Below are positions 62,597 through 64,000 of a DNA stretch of 64,000 bases, piece after piece. The stretch is from Longimicrobiales bacterium. GTDB taxonomy: Bacteria; Gemmatimonadota; Gemmatimonadetes; Longimicrobiales; Gaopeijiaceae. The position numbers and the translations under genes were made by a program. The notes beneath the pieces are model-generated. The model worked only from the letters and a program-made list of their open reading frames with translations. It was not told the origin of the DNA and did no database searches. The first letter of the stretch is position 1. Each line of letters opens with the position of its first letter. Where the stretch lies: contig CBDCKN010000005.1 of assembly GCA_965218295.1 (NCBI GenBank), positions 1 to 64,000 of the forward strand. The letters run 5' to 3'.

Positions 62597-62656
62597 GTGT
62601 CCCGTTACCAAAGTGTCTCGGCCAGTCGAGGGCACGGTGCATCCGCAACGGAACAC
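62597..62656. mobile_element. IS630-type MITE, 60-bp internally deleted copy between nuoF and nuoG
   Basis: Near-identical to 33257-33343 minus a 27-bp internal segment; TA at 62595-96 and 62657-58. Confidence 0.8.
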
Positions 62657-63948
62657 TACGCGACCCCCACTCTCTCCCCGCGGCGGATCAGCGCCAGATA
62701 CTCGTCTTTGAACTTCGCTATGGAGGACTGGACCGGGGCCGCCACCGAGTCCGAGAGCACACAGATGGTCGTACCGGTCATCTGGTCCGTGAGCTCGATG
62801 AGGGTGTCCAGGTCCTCCTCCGTCCCGCGGCCGTCCTCGATGCGCCGGAGGATCTTGGTGACCCAGGTCGTGCCCTCACGGCAGGGCGTGCATTGCCCGC
62901 AGGATTCGTGGGCGTAGAACGATGCCATGCGCATGACCTGATGAACGATGTCGGTGGATTCGTCCATCACGATGACCGACGCACAGCCGAGCATCGACCC
63001 GGCTTCCACCACGCCCTCGTAAGACAGCTCGCACGTCTCGCATTCCTCGGCGGAGAGGAGGGGGACGGAGCTCCCACCGGGTATGACCGACTTCAGGGCT
63101 CGGCCCTCTGGGATCCCACTGCAAACGTCGTAGATGAGCTCGTGCAACGGGAAGCCCAGGGGCAGCTCGTAGTTACCCGGTCGGTTCACGTGGCCGCTCA
63201 CGCAGAACAGCTTGGTTCCGGGGCTCTGCTCCGTGCCCCACTGCCGGTACCATTCACCTCCGTTCTCGATGATGGAGGGGATGGCGCAAAGCGTCTCCAC
63301 GTTGTTGATGGTGGTGGGCATCCCGAAAATGCCCACAGCGGCCGGGAAGGGTGGCTTCACCCGCGGCTCCCCCCGACGTCCCTCCAGGGAGTTCATGAGT
63401 CCCGTTTCTTCTCCGCAGATGTAGGCCCCTGCACCGACGTACACGGTCAGGTCGATCTTCTGGCCCGAGCCCATGACGTCGTCGCCGAGGATTCCGGCCT
63501 CGTACGCGTCCTCGACGGCACGGGCGAGGACCTGGTTGGCCTCGAAGAACTCGCCTCTGCAGTAGATGTAGACGTGCTCGGCGCCCATGGCGTAGGCTCC
63601 GATGACGCATCCCTCGATGAGCAGGTGCGGCACCCAGCGGAGGAGCTCGCGGTCCTTGAAGGTACCGGGCTCCGACTCGTCGGCGTTGCACACGAGATAG
63701 TGAGCCCTGGACTTATCCTTCGGCATGAAGCTCCACTTGAGGCCCGTGGGGAAGCCCGCCCCGCCCCGGCCTCGGAGCCCCGAGTCTTTCACGGTCTCCA
63801 CGACGTCCTCGGGACTCATGTCCAGGGCCTTCTTCAGGGCCTGGTATCCGCCCCTGGCCTTCCAGCCCTCCAGCGTCCGGGCTTCCGGATCACCGAAGTA
63901 CTTGGAGAGGATCGGGACTTCCTTGTCATGACTGTACGGGTAGCCCAT
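62656..63948 (-). CDS. nuoF: NADH-quinone oxidoreductase subunit F
   Basis: SGLRGRGGAGFPTG, NADESEPGTFKDR, GAGAYICGEET, ESCGQCTPCREG. Confidence 0.97.
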   Translation of the reverse strand: MGYPYSHDKEVPILSKYFGDPEARTLEGWKARGGYQALKKALDMSPEDVVETVKDSGLRGRGGAGFPTGLKWSFMPKDKSRAHYLVCNADESEPGTFKDRELLRWVPHLLIEGCVIGAYAMGAEHVYIYCRGEFFEANQVLARAVEDAYEAGILGDDVMGSGQKIDLTVYVGAGAYICGEETGLMNSLEGRRGEPRVKPPFPAAVGIFGMPTTINNVETLCAIPSIIENGGEWYRQWGTEQSPGTKLFCVSGHVNRPGNYELPLGFPLHELIYDVCSGIPEGRALKSVIPGGSSVPLLSAEECETCELSYEGVVEAGSMLGCASVIVMDESTDIVHQVMRMASFYAHESCGQCTPCREGTTWVTKILRRIEDGRGTEEDLDTLIELTDQMTGTTICVLSDSVAAPVQSSIAKFKDEYLALIRRGERVGVA

Positions 63949-64000
63949 GCCTAGAGGCCTGTTGAAGAAGTGGGGCGAGCCGCGTTAGGAGCGTCACCGT

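Overview
High-GC bacterial chromosome segment. Gene order and protein style suggest Gemmatimonadota (FCB group); this is an inference. A well-formed 28-bp Xer dif site lies at 10408-10435, so the window probably spans the replication terminus. Right of dif, 48 of the 50 genes I call are on the minus strand: nuoF-N, a phosphohexomutase, UPF0182, sucCD, ndk, yceD-rpmF-plsX-fabHDG-acpP-fabF, ispF, dedA, xerD, nadE, and one long tightly packed run kdsB-pyrG-kdsA-kdsC-kdsD-lptC-lptA-lptB-rpoN that continues directly into a lipid-carrier glycosylation cluster (GT2, wecB, GT4, YfhO-type GT-C, flippase-like protein, polyprenol-P-mannose synthase, Zn-ribbon protein, acyltransferase, methyltransferase). 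Left of dif is a more plastic region: a truncated MscS gene, an IS256-family element, a HmuY-like gene, a frameshifted lipoprotein metallopeptidase, a sirtuin, an MFS transporter and a Crp-family regulator. Main leads: (1) exported proteins, above all the LptA-like protein (16 copies), are rich in the Bacteroidota O-glycosylation sequon D-(S/T)-(A/I/L/V/M/T), next to a complete-looking GT-C glycosylation module, so this is a candidate general protein O-glycosylation system; (2) a family of TA-flanked IS630-type MITEs sits at gene stop codons; (3) a 52-bp bulged-hairpin direct repeat brackets the truncated mscS and is itself the IS256 target. A 1-nt frameshift in pyrG suggests the assembly has indel errors, so the other frameshift should be treated cautiously. 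No rRNA, tRNA or CRISPR array was recognised.
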